From: an uncultured Sphingobacterium sp.
GTDB lineage: Bacteria > Bacteroidota > Bacteroidia > Chitinophagales > Chitinophagaceae
Direction of reading: 5' to 3'
NCBI GenBank assembly: GCA_964631755.1
Contig: CAZVYI010000004.1
Span: 1 to 48,446, forward strand
DNA length: 48,446 nt
A model generated the notes under the pieces. That model did not search any database. It was not told where the DNA came from and worked only from the letters and a program-made list of their open reading frames with translations. The stretch's first letter is position 1. Every line of letters begins with the position of its first letter. Below are positions 10,275-20,888 of this stretch, one piece after another. Made by a program: the position numbers and the translations under genes.

Positions 10275-10290
10275 CGTAAATTTTTATCAG

Positions 10291-11502
10291 ATGAATCTGC
10301 ACGAATACCAAGCTAAAGAATTGCTCAAAAAATACAATGTTCCAGTACAGGAAGGATTTGCTTGCAGCACAGTTGAAGAAGCATTGGCTGCTTACGAACA
10401 AATCAAAGAGAAATCAGGTAGCAAATTTGCAGTTGTAAAAGCGCAAATTCATGCAGGTGGAAGAGGTAAGGGATCAGTTAAAGAAACTGGCATCAATGGC
10501 GTTAAAGTTGGAAAGAGTTCAGAAGATATTCAAGAATATGCTCAAAAAATTTTGGGTGGAACGCTTGTTACCATTCAAACGGGACCATCCGGTAAAGTAG
10601 TGAATAAAATACTAGTAGCACAAGACATGTACTACGATGGACCAACAGAAAGAAAAGAATTCTATTTATCCATTTTGTTAGACAGGTCAAAGGGACAAAA
10701 TGTAATCATGTATAGCACAGAAGGTGGTATGAACATTGAAGATGTGGCGCATGATACACCTGAAAAAATACACAGAGAATTGGTTCACCCTTCAGGTGGA
10801 TTACTTCCTTTCCAGGCAAGGAAAATTGCTTTCAATTTGGGGTTGTCTGGTGATGCTTTCAAAAACATGGTAAAATTTGTTACCAATCTTTATAATGCAT
10901 ACGTTGGTCTTGATTGCTCTATGCTTGAGATCAATCCATTGTTCAAAGCAGCTGATGATAAAATCATTGCAGTCGACTGCAAAATGAATTTGGATGAAAA
11001 CGCTTTAGGCAGACATCCAGATTTAGCTGCTATGCGTGACCTTACTGAAGAGGATCCAACTGAAGTTGAAGCTGGAAAATACAACTTAAACTTTGTAAAG
11101 CTCGATGGAAACGTAGGATGCATGGTAAACGGCGCTGGTTTGGCCATGGCAACGATGGATATGATCAAGTTAAGTGGTGGCGAGCCTGCTAACTTCCTAG
11201 ATGTTGGTGGAACTGCAAATGCACAAACAGTAGAAGCTGGATTTAAAATCATCATGCAAGATCCAAATGTAAAAGCAATTCTCATTAACATTTTTGGTGG
11301 CATTGTACGATGCGACAGAGTAGCTGCTGGTGTAATTGAAGCTTACAAAAATCTGGGCAATATCAACATCCCTATTATTGTTAGATTACAGGGCACCAAT
11401 GCAGTAGAAGCCAAAAAATTAATTGATGAAAGTGGATTAAAAGTTCAAAGTGCTATTCTTTTAAGTGAAGCTGCTGATTTAGTTAAAAAAGCTGTAGCTT
11501 AA
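10291..11502 (+). CDS. sucC: Succinyl-CoA ligase (ADP-forming) beta subunit
   Basis: [44 protein letters not shown] and [10 protein letters not shown] motifs. Confidence 0.97.
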   Translation: MNLHEYQAKELLKKYNVPVQEGFACSTVEEALAAYEQIKEKSGSKFAVVKAQIHAGGRGKGSVKETGINGVKVGKSSEDIQEYAQKILGGTLVTIQTGPSGKVVNKILVAQDMYYDGPTERKEFYLSILLDRSKGQNVIMYSTEGGMNIEDVAHDTPEKIHRELVHPSGGLLPFQARKIAFNLGLSGDAFKNMVKFVTNLYNAYVGLDCSMLEINPLFKAADDKIIAVDCKMNLDENALGRHPDLAAMRDLTEEDPTEVEAGKYNLNFVKLDGNVGCMVNGAGLAMATMDMIKLSGGEPANFLDVGGTANAQTVEAGFKIIMQDPNVKAILINIFGGIVRCDRVAAGVIEAYKNLGNINIPIIVRLQGTNAVEAKKLIDESGLKVQSAILLSEAADLVKKAVA

Positions 11503-11522
11503 TTGATAGAAACTTTCACTTC

Positions 11523-13697
11523 TTGATATCACCATATAAATTATTGCTTGTTCTTTTTCTAATTGCACCTTCATTACTACTGGCGCAAAGAAAAAATCTT
11601 GATTTCAGATACAATATCAAAAAGGCTAGTGCTCCTATTTTGGTTGATGGAGTTATTGAAGACGCTTGGCTAGATACTGAGACAGCTACTGATTTCAATA
11701 TGGTGCTTCCCATGGATACCAGCAAAGCCATGGTGAAGACTGAAGTCAAGATGTCATACGACAATAACCATCTCTATATTATTGCTATCTGTTATTTCAA
11801 AGAGGATCAACCTTATATGGTTGAATCACTTAAAAGGGATTTTAACTTTGGAAAGAACGATAATTTCCTCCTGTTTATGGACCCCTTTGATGATCAGATC
11901 AATGGGTTTACCTTCGGATCCAATGCAGCAGGTGCTCAATGGGATGGACTACTTTTTGACGGAGGAAAGGCGGATTTGAATTGGGATAATAAATGGACAT
12001 CCCACGTGAAAACCTACAAAGACAAATGGATATGGGAAGCATCCATTCCATTTAAAACAATCAGGTATAAAAATGGGATTACCACCTGGGGGATTAATTT
12101 CAGCAGACTGGATATTTCTGTTGCTGAAAAATCTAGCTGGGCACCTGTACCCCGTCAGTTTCCAACTGCCTCACTTGCTTATACGGGTCAGTTGATATGG
12201 GACCAACCCCCACCAAAAGCAGGAACAAATGTTTCAATCATTCCTTATGTACTGGGAGGAATTTCCAAAAACCATCTTGCCGGAACACCAGCATCAACAA
12301 AACAACAAGTTGGACTTGAAGCAAAAGTAGCTGTCACTTCTTCGCTCAATCTAGACCTTACTGTTAATCCCGACTTCTCACAGGTAGAAGTTGACCGACA
12401 AGTTACCAATCTGGATCGCTTTGAACTTTTTTTTCCTGAAAGAAGGCAATTTTTTCTGGAAAATGGAGACCAGGTAAACAACTTTGGATACAACAACATA
12501 AGACCATTTTTTTCAAGAAGAATTGGTTTAAACGCCCCTATTCAATTTGGTGCGCGACTGAGCGGAAAATTAAACAAGGATTGGCGAATCGGTTTTATGA
12601 ATATGCAGACCGACAGGGTACTTGATACAAAAACAGCTTCTCAAAACTATACCGTTTTTGCGTTGCAAAGAAGGGTGTTTTCAAGATCAAATATTGGACT
12701 CATTTTTGTTAACCGCGATCAGGTACTGAGACCAGATGAAAAAGATGCTTCCTATTTTACAAATCCCTACAACAGAAATATTGGAGTTGAATATAATCTT
12801 GCTTCAGCAAATAATCATTGGACAGGCAAAGCAATTTTACTAAAATCATTTTCAAAACAAACCTCAAGCGAAGATTGGGTGCATGCAGCCAACCTTCAAT
12901 ATGCTACAAGAAAATGGTTGATTTCATGGCAACAGGAATATGTTGGAAAGAATTATACTGCAGATGTGGGATTTGTTCCTCGCAAAGATTATTTCCGATT
13001 GGCGCCGGGTATAACCCGATTATTCTTTGTTAAGAATCCGAAAATCGCATCACATTCACTTAAACTGGAATCATTTAATTTCTTCGATAAAAATTTCAAC
13101 TTCACTGAAAACACCACTTATCTCGCCTATACTTTATCACTCAGAGATCAGTCCACTTTTACACAATGGATCGCACGAGACAACATTTTATTACTGCAAC
13201 CATTTGATCCAACAAATTTTGGAAAGGACACATTGGGAAGAGGAACCAAGCACCAATGGAGTGCAATTGGCACAACCTATAACTCTAAACCTCAACAACT
13301 ATTCACCTATAGCATTTCAACCAGATTTGGCGGTTATTACAACAATGGCAAAAGGAGTTTTATCAGTGCTGAAATTGGATACCGTTATCAGCCTTATGTG
13401 AGCTTAACCATGGCCGCTAGTATGAATCATATTTCTTTACCAAGCCCATGGAATCAAACGACATTCTGGTTAGTTGGACCAAGACTGGATATTACATTCA
13501 CGAATAATTTGTTCCTTACCACCTTTGCTCAATACAACAATCAGCAAAACAACATCAATATCAACTCAAGATTACAATGGCGTTATAAGCCAGCATCCGA
13601 CTTATTCATCGTTTATACTGATAACTACTTCCCCGCCCCATTTAATGTTAAAAACAGGGCTGTTGTATTGAAGTTCAATTATTGGTGGAACTTGTAA
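11523..13697 (+). CDS. Exported CBM9-like plus DUF5916-type outer-membrane protein
   Basis: Signal peptide; CBM9-like N-terminus (PILVDGVIEDAW, WEASIPF); TVNPDFSQVEVD...FPERRQFFLE motif; beta-strand-rich C-terminus ending KFNYWWNL. TTG start. Confidence 0.75.
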   Translation: MISPYKLLLVLFLIAPSLLLAQRKNLDFRYNIKKASAPILVDGVIEDAWLDTETATDFNMVLPMDTSKAMVKTEVKMSYDNNHLYIIAICYFKEDQPYMVESLKRDFNFGKNDNFLLFMDPFDDQINGFTFGSNAAGAQWDGLLFDGGKADLNWDNKWTSHVKTYKDKWIWEASIPFKTIRYKNGITTWGINFSRLDISVAEKSSWAPVPRQFPTASLAYTGQLIWDQPPPKAGTNVSIIPYVLGGISKNHLAGTPASTKQQVGLEAKVAVTSSLNLDLTVNPDFSQVEVDRQVTNLDRFELFFPERRQFFLENGDQVNNFGYNNIRPFFSRRIGLNAPIQFGARLSGKLNKDWRIGFMNMQTDRVLDTKTASQNYTVFALQRRVFSRSNIGLIFVNRDQVLRPDEKDASYFTNPYNRNIGVEYNLASANNHWTGKAILLKSFSKQTSSEDWVHAANLQYATRKWLISWQQEYVGKNYTADVGFVPRKDYFRLAPGITRLFFVKNPKIASHSLKLESFNFFDKNFNFTENTTYLAYTLSLRDQSTFTQWIARDNILLLQPFDPTNFGKDTLGRGTKHQWSAIGTTYNSKPQQLFTYSISTRFGGYYNNGKRSFISAEIGYRYQPYVSLTMAASMNHISLPSPWNQTTFWLVGPRLDITFTNNLFLTTFAQYNNQQNNININSRLQWRYKPASDLFIVYTDNYFPAPFNVKNRAVVLKFNYWWNL

Positions 13698-13704
13698 TTT
13701 TAAA

Positions 13705-14355
13705 TTACATTTTTTTAGCGTCCTCAATAAATTTGGCCAACCCAAGATCAGTTAATGGATGCTTCAGCAAACCAAGAATTGAATCTAATGGGCAAGTACA
13801 AATATCAGCACCAGCTTCAGCAGAACGAACAATATGAAGTGGATTTCTGATGGATGCTGCAAGAATTTCAGTCTTGAAACCTTGAACCTGATAAATATGG
13901 GCGATTTGAGCAATCAATTCAATACCATCCCAGCTGCTATCATCTATTCTTCCAATAAAAGGTGAAACATAAGCAGCGCCAGCTTTAGCAGCAAGTATCG
14001 CTTGACCCGCAGAAAATATTAAAGTACAATTGGTACGGATGCCATGATCGGTAAACCATTTAATTGCCTTGATACCATCTTTTATCATTGGCACTTTAAC
14101 CACAATATTTGGATGAATTTCAGATAAAGCTTTACCTTCTTTAACCATTGACTCAAAATCAGTCGACAATACCTCTGCACTCACATCACCATCAACAATA
14201 GCACATATATCAGCATAATGTTTAAGAATATTATCATTTCCTTTTATACCTTCTTTTGCCATCAACGAGGGATTGGTGGTAACTCCGTCAAGGATTCCAA
14301 GATCAGCTGCTTCTTTAATGTGTGCGAGATTGGCGGTATCAATAAAAAATTTCAT
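13705..14355 (-). CDS. tal: Transaldolase (small FSA/TalC family)
   Basis: FFIDTAN, GVTTNPSL and the Schiff-base Lys in VVKVP. SAEV (Glu) and SPFIGR (Phe) are the transaldolase-type rather than FSA-type residues. Confidence 0.88.
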   Translation of the reverse strand: MKFFIDTANLAHIKEAADLGILDGVTTNPSLMAKEGIKGNDNILKHYADICAIVDGDVSAEVLSTDFESMVKEGKALSEIHPNIVVKVPMIKDGIKAIKWFTDHGIRTNCTLIFSAGQAILAAKAGAAYVSPFIGRIDDSSWDGIELIAQIAHIYQVQGFKTEILAASIRNPLHIVRSAEAGADICTCPLDSILGLLKHPLTDLGLAKFIEDAKKM

Positions 14356-14426
14356 GTGATTGAATTTGAGGCAGCAAGGTAATTAAAAGAGAAGAAAAGG
14401 AATTACCGAATTATTCACATAAAAAA

Positions 14427-14523
14427 TGGCAGGTTGCTTACATCGCACCGCTCAACCGCCTACCCTTGCTACCTTCCGGTCCTGGGGGAGTTCAGCAGGA
14501 GCTGGTCGTGTAAGACCTGCCGG
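14427..14523 (-). ncRNA. ffs: Signal recognition particle RNA (4.5S)
   Basis: Minus strand reads GGCAGGTCTTACA...CCCCCAGGACCGGAAGGTAGCAAGGG...TGTAAGCAACCTGCC followed by a T-run: a long hairpin with the helix-8 CAGG/GGAA/AGCA signature. Ends are approximate. Confidence 0.93.
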
Positions 14524-14525
14524 CG

Positions 14526-14533
14526 CAAAGATA
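14526..14533 (-). promoter_or_regulatory. -7 promoter element of the SRP RNA
   Basis: TATCTTTG immediately upstream of the RNA 5' end. Confidence 0.8.
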
Positions 14534-14540
14534 ATAGAAA

Positions 14541-15827
14541 TTAACGAAGAGAAGAATTGAATTGGCTGCTAATTTGTCGGACTGCTACAAGTTCATCATA
14601 ACGTCCTCCCAATGGTCTATAGTAAACTAAAATCAAATACTGGTTTTCTGTCTCCCATGCATTTTGTTCTGTAAGGGTTTCATCAAATAATTCTTTTCCT
14701 GCAAAATATTTATTCAGGCTATACTGATAATCATAATAGCCTTGTTTTAAAAAAAGTGTAGTCTCATAAATACCCTTTTCAGCATTAAAAACCATTTTCG
14801 CGTCAGGATCTTTACCATAATTTGTCATTTCACCCATGATCACAAGTTCTGCATCTGGATAAACCATTGAACCAGGAGGCTTGAACCTAAAATGCACTTT
14901 AGCATAATCCGCATTCCAAAAAGGATTTATATTCTCAATTGTTTCATTGATAAACAAACCATTTAAATCACGGTAATAAAAATACTGGCGAGGTAGTCTT
15001 GGTACATCTTCTTTCACAAAAAGCTCAAAACCTTTATCTGTATTTTCCTGCCGCTGCACTCTATCCCCCAGCAGCCTGAAACTGCGGAGATTCAACCACC
15101 TGTACTCTTTACCTGCAGGCATTGTCATTTCAGTCTCATTGCTGAATTGAAGCTGATCCTGGCGAATAAATGTCGGGTTGTTTAAAAACAATGAATTATC
15201 CCAGCGCAAATTTTGAAGTACCCTGATTTTTATTTGTTGTTGAGGATAACGCACATCAAAATTTCTTGTATCCAGTTGAAATTGCAAACGATGATGGGTT
15301 AAAAACAATTGCTGATTACTGGGTTGTAAAACCTGAGCAGACATAGAAAGTTTCGCATCAACTACTAAAAAACGCTTTGTAAATACCAGCTTACTGGTAT
15401 CCCCATTTACAAAAACTTTGAGCATGTAATTACCCGATTTGGTAGGCTGTAAATTGCGATCAGGGAAACTTGCCTGATAATGCGTGTAACGGGTTAATGC
15501 TATTGCTGAATTACGGTAAGTAGAAATTCTAACTTGTGTAAATCCTTTGGCAAAATCAAAATAACTCATTTGCGCGGGCTTCCAATCGGCATTACAGAGA
15601 ACAATTGAATAGAAATAGTTCTTAACACCCCCCTCCATATCATCAAAATGCAGCTCTAGTAGATCGCTAGAATTTAAAGATATAACGGGATATGAGAGCT
15701 GATCACCAAATTTTGTAAGTTTAACAGATTTAATAGCTTGATTGTAAATCATATCTGGTTCTCTTTGTGCAAAGAGTTCTGATACAAAAAGGCCTAAGAA
15801 AAGTAAAAAGAAAATAAGCTTATTCAT
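14541..15827 (-). CDS. DUF5103 / type IX secretion system plug-like protein
   Basis: Signal peptide; LELHFDD, CNADW, YTHY, SGNY, LKQGYYDYQY and ETENQY...LVYYR motifs recalled for this family. Confidence 0.75.
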   Translation of the reverse strand: MNKLIFFLLFLGLFVSELFAQREPDMIYNQAIKSVKLTKFGDQLSYPVISLNSSDLLELHFDDMEGGVKNYFYSIVLCNADWKPAQMSYFDFAKGFTQVRISTYRNSAIALTRYTHYQASFPDRNLQPTKSGNYMLKVFVNGDTSKLVFTKRFLVVDAKLSMSAQVLQPSNQQLFLTHHRLQFQLDTRNFDVRYPQQQIKIRVLQNLRWDNSLFLNNPTFIRQDQLQFSNETEMTMPAGKEYRWLNLRSFRLLGDRVQRQENTDKGFELFVKEDVPRLPRQYFYYRDLNGLFINETIENINPFWNADYAKVHFRFKPPGSMVYPDAELVIMGEMTNYGKDPDAKMVFNAEKGIYETTLFLKQGYYDYQYSLNKYFAGKELFDETLTEQNAWETENQYLILVYYRPLGGRYDELVAVRQISSQFNSSLR

Positions 15828-15892
15828 TTCAAGTAATGATTACCGAAATTAATCAAATATTGATTTGTAATTTTACCCAACAAGAAATCTAG

Positions 15893-17125
15893 TTGAACCT
15901 TCCTGTATATATAGCTAAAAATCTGATCAAGGGGAATAAAAAAGCATTTTCCACCTTCATTTTGCGCGTATCCATACTTGCAACCACGATTAGTGTTGCT
16001 GCAATGATAATAGCCCTTTCATTTATCAATGGATTTCAGCAAGTAGTAGCTGAAAAGATATTTCATTTTTGGGGACATATCAGGGTACAGCACTACGAAC
16101 CTCTTAAGTCCACTATAGCAGAAGCATCCCCTATTTACCGCGTAGATTCAGTTGAAAATAATCTAAGGAAAAATAAATCAATTAAATCATTTGCACCTTA
16201 TGCAAATAAATCTGCAATCTTAAAAAATGGAGGATTGATTGAGGGTGTTTTGGTAAAAGGTATAGATCCTTCCTATCCACTGCAGAAAATTGACCGATTT
16301 CTTGTTAAAGGAAAATGGCCTTCTTTAATACAAGATGATACCAGCAACGAAATAGCACTTTCTTCATTTACTGCAAATCAATTGAACATCGATGTTGGAG
16401 CATCGATTCTCATTTACTTTATACAAGAAAATGGGGAACTTCCAAAAACACGAAAACTTACCATCAGTGGAATATTTAAAACAGGCATAGATGTATACGA
16501 TAAAGTGTATGCGATTGGTAATTTGTCGATGATTCAAAAATTAAATGATTGGGATTCAAGTACAGTTGGAGGCTACGAAATTGATCTATTTGATGTACAG
16601 CAGATGGAAAACAAGGCTGAAGAAATTTACAATCAACTTCCTTCAGGATGGAATGCCATTTCCCTCAAACAACTTTCGCCAGAAATTTTCGACTGGCTGG
16701 AACTGCAAAATACCAATAAAGCAATCTTGATCATTGTTATGATTGTCATTGCAGTCATTAACCTTATCACTTGTTTATTGATTTTAATACTAGAACGTAC
16801 AAATATGATTGCCATGCTCAAGGCAATGGGAGCAAAAGAAAATGCCATTCAGCAAATATTCATTTATTATGGAGCCTGGATTTCATTCAGAGGTATTGGG
16901 TATGGTACAATTTTGGGGCTTGGTATTTGTTATTTGCAGCAATACACCAAATTCATCAAATTAAATGAAGAAGCATATTATATTGATGCTGCTCCTGTTG
17001 CCGTTGATTATACACAAGTATTTTTAATTGCATTGGCTACACTTGCTCTTTCTATGCTGATTCTAGTATTGCCATCCATCATCAGCAGAAAAATAAACCC
17101 CTCTAAAGCCTTGCAGTTCAGGTAA
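15893..17125 (+). CDS. LolC/E-family ABC transporter permease (MacB/FtsX-like)
   Basis: N-terminal TM followed by NGFQ, a periplasmic domain, ILERTNMIAMLKAMGA and three C-terminal TMs ending NPSKALQF. TTG start. Confidence 0.85.
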   Translation: MNLPVYIAKNLIKGNKKAFSTFILRVSILATTISVAAMIIALSFINGFQQVVAEKIFHFWGHIRVQHYEPLKSTIAEASPIYRVDSVENNLRKNKSIKSFAPYANKSAILKNGGLIEGVLVKGIDPSYPLQKIDRFLVKGKWPSLIQDDTSNEIALSSFTANQLNIDVGASILIYFIQENGELPKTRKLTISGIFKTGIDVYDKVYAIGNLSMIQKLNDWDSSTVGGYEIDLFDVQQMENKAEEIYNQLPSGWNAISLKQLSPEIFDWLELQNTNKAILIIVMIVIAVINLITCLLILILERTNMIAMLKAMGAKENAIQQIFIYYGAWISFRGIGYGTILGLGICYLQQYTKFIKLNEEAYYIDAAPVAVDYTQVFLIALATLALSMLILVLPSIISRKINPSKALQFR

Positions 17126-17126
17126 C

Positions 17127-17867
17127 CTATTTTAGCATCCAAGATAAAATAATTGAGGTTGCAATAGCCGCATTTAATGATTCGGCCTTCCCTTTTTGGG
17201 GTATGGTAATTTTTTCAGTAGCGAAATTCATTACTGTTTCAGAAATACCATTTGCTTCATTACCAATGACAAGTAAAGAAGGTAGCTGAAAACTGACTTC
17301 ATACATAGAATTCCCCCCCAATACGGCTGCATATACAGGCAGAGTATTTTGCATTGATAGAAAAGCACTTAAATCAGTATATCCAATATTAACCCTAAGT
17401 AAGCTTCCTTTTGCAGATTGGACTGTTTTATGATTAAATGCATTAACTGTATCAGACGAACAAACAATATTTTCAACTCCAAACCAATCACAGGTCCTAA
17501 TGATGGTCCCAAGATTCCCAGGATCCTGCAACTGATCCAAAACTACAGTCAATCCATTTTTCACCATCCCAACTTCCATTTGCTGAGGCAACTTAACCAA
17601 AGCCAATACTTCATTGGGGGTTTTCAACTGTGATATCCTGTTTAACATCTTCTCTTCTATTACAGAAACAGGACATTGAAAAGTCCGATCCTGAGTTAAA
17701 CGATCTATCCATGGTTGGGTTCCATACAGGTGAATAATTTTTTCAGGATACTCAACAAGAAGCTCCTCTACCATTTTTACACCTTCAACAACAAAAAGCC
17801 CCTCTTCTTCCCTGAATTTTTTATGGGCTAAACTTTGAATATATTTGACATCTGATTTAGAGATCAA
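17127..17867 (-). CDS. TrmH/SpoU-family RNA methyltransferase
   Basis: FVVEG, LDQLQDPGNLGTIIRT, IGNEANGIS and ESLNAAIA SPOUT motifs. TTG start. Confidence 0.92.
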   Translation of the reverse strand: MISKSDVKYIQSLAHKKFREEEGLFVVEGVKMVEELLVEYPEKIIHLYGTQPWIDRLTQDRTFQCPVSVIEEKMLNRISQLKTPNEVLALVKLPQQMEVGMVKNGLTVVLDQLQDPGNLGTIIRTCDWFGVENIVCSSDTVNAFNHKTVQSAKGSLLRVNIGYTDLSAFLSMQNTLPVYAAVLGGNSMYEVSFQLPSLLVIGNEANGISETVMNFATEKITIPQKGKAESLNAAIATSIILSWMLK

Positions 17868-17894
17868 AGCTTTACATTTTTAAGATTAAACGAT

Positions 17895-20288
17895 TTGCAC
17901 AAAACTATTTCACATAGAACAGCTGTACTTTTTGTATTTCTTCTATCGGTTGTTTCGTGCACAGTAGTTAGAAAATATCCCAAAAACACCCCATTCCATT
18001 TCGAAAATAACATAAAAATCGTTGGAGAGGAGAATAAAGAGAAATTGTCTTCTATCAAAGCCAATCTTATCGCACAGATAGAAGATAGTGCCCAAATAAG
18101 GGTGGCGTCAAAAATTCCCTGGCCTTCATTTCCATGGTTCATTCCCTCTTCAGTAATGGAATATCCCACTGTTTACAATGCCCAACCCATTGAGCAGTCA
18201 ATAGTGAATATGAGGAATATGTTGAGCAGCCTGGGGTACAGAAAAAGTGAAATACGATATGATACCACAGTACAGGTAAAAAAAGAACAGCAAAGAGTGA
18301 AAGTCAATTTTCTGGTCAACACAGGCCCTTTGTACAAAATTGACACCGTCATCTATTTATTTTCAGATAGCGTATTACAATCTATTGTATCTGCTTCATC
18401 AAAAAAATCTCTGCTATCTGAACATGCCCCATTCAGCTATGAAAGAATTGATCAGGAGATCAATAGAATAACTGACCTCTACCAAAACAATGGATATGTA
18501 AAAATTTCTAAAGAAGATATTATTGCTGAAGTCGATACAGTTAATACAGCATTACTAAACGGGAAAGAGAACCCATTTCAATTCTCATCAACTTTAGCAG
18601 AAGCGCAATCAAAGGAAAAACAATCTGCTGTAAAACTTTATTTCAGACTCAGGGCAAACAGAGATAGTACGCATGTGCAGCAATATACAATTGGCAGATT
18701 AACCATATACTCAGATCTTAAATCTGAGGATAGAGATACTACAATTAAATTGAATGAATCGGATACATCAAAAATCACCATACATTCTTTGTATAACACC
18801 TTTAATACAAATTTTATAAAGGACAATATTCAATTACAGCCTGGCAGTTTGTATAAACGAGAAGACTACAATAAAACCCTGAACAATTTCAACAAGTTAG
18901 GGACCTGGCAGAGCATTAATATGATTTCAGAAACGAATGATAAAGAGAAAAAAATCGACTACGTTTTAAAATTACAGCCAGCAAAACGTCAGTATTTTAG
19001 TATTGACCTTGAGGGCAGCAGTATTCTCAATACATCTCAATTGGTTCAGGTGGGGAGCGGCAGGGTTGGTATAGCCAACAACTTTACACTCAGGAACAGA
19101 AATATTGGTAAACGAGGTATTCAGCTGGAAAACAGTTTGCGAACCGGAATCGAGTTCAACAATTTTCAGAAAATACTGTCGGGTGAAATCACACTTACCA
19201 ACCGACTCACTTTTCCACGAATGGTGGCACCAGTTAGCGATAAATTCAAAACTAAATTTCAGCAAGCCAAAACAGTTTTCTCTGCTGATATCTCTTATAT
19301 TGATCGTTTCCGCTTCTTCAGGCTCAATACATTCAACACATTTGTAGGATACGAATGGAAACCCAATTCACATACCACCTGGCAATTCAAACCTTTAAAC
19401 CTTGAATTCACTCAATTCAGACCTGATAGTTTATTTATTGAATCTATCAAAAATTTTCCATTGTTGTTATATACCTACAACAATGGACTGATCATAGGGA
19501 TGAATGCTTTGTACAATAAGAATTTAACACCAAACAGTACAAAAAACTTAAGCCTTTTAAAAATTTATGCAGAAGAAAGTGGCTTGGTCACAGGTGCTTT
19601 ATTTTATGAACAAACCAGAAACGGAAAATACCTCAGCAACTTATACCGTTTTGTGAAACTCGATGCAGAATTTAAACATATTGCCAATCTCAAAAAGAGC
19701 AGCTTACACTTCAGAGCATTTGCAGGAATTGGACTAGCACTTTCTACTGCTTCTAGAAGAGGACAAGTAACCTTACCTTTTTTCAAAAGCTATATGGCTG
19801 GTGGTCCAAATAGCATGAGGGGTTGGGCACTGAGAAAACTAGGTATTGGTTCAAATATTTTCTATGATACAGTTGCCGCAGGAACCTTTAATGATAAATA
19901 TGCTGACATGCAGCTGGAAGCAAATCTGGAATACCGTTTCAACCTCTTTCAATTCTATGGCTTTTGGATGAGAGGTGCTGTATTTACTGATGTTGGAAAC
20001 ATTTGGTTCAGAAATGATTTGGATGGTACTTTAAAAAATGCAGGATTTAAATTCAATAGATTGGGTAGAGACTTAGCAATTGCAAGTGGATTTGGTGCAC
20101 GTGTGGACTTTAACTATTTCCTTTTAAGATTTGATCTTGGGTTTCCAATTAAAGATCCCCGGTATGGACCTTCTAACTTGGGCAATAGCAATGTTGAACG
20201 TTTTTATTCACCCAGGCCTGGAGGATGGTTTGTTGACAACCATTGGTCAAAGCCAGTTTTTCAATTTGCTATTGGCTATCCATTCTAA
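17895..20288 (+). CDS. tamL: Omp85/BamA-TamA family lipoprotein (TamL-like)
   Basis: Lipobox-like VVSC, POTRA-like region, GGPNSMRGW loop-6 motif, AVFTDVGNIW and C-terminal AIGYPF; divergent from the TrmH-family gene. Confidence 0.8.
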   Translation: MHKTISHRTAVLFVFLLSVVSCTVVRKYPKNTPFHFENNIKIVGEENKEKLSSIKANLIAQIEDSAQIRVASKIPWPSFPWFIPSSVMEYPTVYNAQPIEQSIVNMRNMLSSLGYRKSEIRYDTTVQVKKEQQRVKVNFLVNTGPLYKIDTVIYLFSDSVLQSIVSASSKKSLLSEHAPFSYERIDQEINRITDLYQNNGYVKISKEDIIAEVDTVNTALLNGKENPFQFSSTLAEAQSKEKQSAVKLYFRLRANRDSTHVQQYTIGRLTIYSDLKSEDRDTTIKLNESDTSKITIHSLYNTFNTNFIKDNIQLQPGSLYKREDYNKTLNNFNKLGTWQSINMISETNDKEKKIDYVLKLQPAKRQYFSIDLEGSSILNTSQLVQVGSGRVGIANNFTLRNRNIGKRGIQLENSLRTGIEFNNFQKILSGEITLTNRLTFPRMVAPVSDKFKTKFQQAKTVFSADISYIDRFRFFRLNTFNTFVGYEWKPNSHTTWQFKPLNLEFTQFRPDSLFIESIKNFPLLLYTYNNGLIIGMNALYNKNLTPNSTKNLSLLKIYAEESGLVTGALFYEQTRNGKYLSNLYRFVKLDAEFKHIANLKKSSLHFRAFAGIGLALSTASRRGQVTLPFFKSYMAGGPNSMRGWALRKLGIGSNIFYDTVAAGTFNDKYADMQLEANLEYRFNLFQFYGFWMRGAVFTDVGNIWFRNDLDGTLKNAGFKFNRLGRDLAIASGFGARVDFNYFLLRFDLGFPIKDPRYGPSNLGNSNVERFYSPRPGGWFVDNHWSKPVFQFAIGYPF

Positions 20289-20794
20289 GCATTTGATTTG
20301 AAGAGCAATTGATCCAATTTTTCTACCATTGTGTAGGTAGCAGGACAATACTCAATATTTTGTTTGTGCACGTGTAAGTAATCCACCATTTTCTTTTTTG
20401 CTAAATGTGGGAATCCACTACAATCGGCTGGACGGATTTCATATATCTTACACATATTGGTTTTGAGGTCTAAAAACTGACAAGGATTGATTTTATTCGT
20501 CCAGTCCTCGTTCTTGTCTTTAACCAACCACTGATCTCGAAACTCCTTAGGAGTTTGTCCAAAATGTGGTGCAATTCTTTTAACATCTTCCATTGTAAAT
20601 GTTGGCGTCATCACTTTGCAGCAATTGGCACAAGTCAAGCAGCCTACTTCCTTCCACACCTCTTGATCTATTTTTTTTGCAAGTTGATCCAATCCACGTG
20701 GAGGTTTTCTTTCAATCTTGGTCAAAACCATTCTTAATCTCCTTTTGTTCTTGTCGACTTTCTTCTTGAAACTTTTAAGATTTATTCTCTCCAT
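20285..20794 (-). CDS. YkgJ-family cysteine-cluster (CxxCxxCC) protein
   Basis: CLTCANCC, PCQFL, CKIYEIRPADC and CPA motifs. Start placed at ATG 20794 (MERINL). Confidence 0.85.
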   Translation of the reverse strand: MERINLKSFKKKVDKNKRRLRMVLTKIERKPPRGLDQLAKKIDQEVWKEVGCLTCANCCKVMTPTFTMEDVKRIAPHFGQTPKEFRDQWLVKDKNEDWTNKINPCQFLDLKTNMCKIYEIRPADCSGFPHLAKKKMVDYLHVHKQNIEYCPATYTMVEKLDQLLFKSNA

Positions 20795-20888
20795 TATATA
20801 CAATAAATAACTTGAATTATCACTAATTTGAGTTACGAATTTAACGGAATAAATCATTCATAACAGAATGAGTTGAAAATAAACATGC

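Noticed and set aside
8058-11303. Long antisense ORFs (161 aa at 8058-8543, 137 aa at 10890-11303) and similar ones across the window
   Set aside because: They lie opposite well-conserved enzymes, have no recognisable motifs, and are explained by codon bias of the sense gene.
14427-14523. GC-rich hairpin as a possible riboswitch for tal or a REP element
   Set aside because: It carries the SRP helix-8 signature, its own promoter element and a T-run; tal has a separate upstream region.
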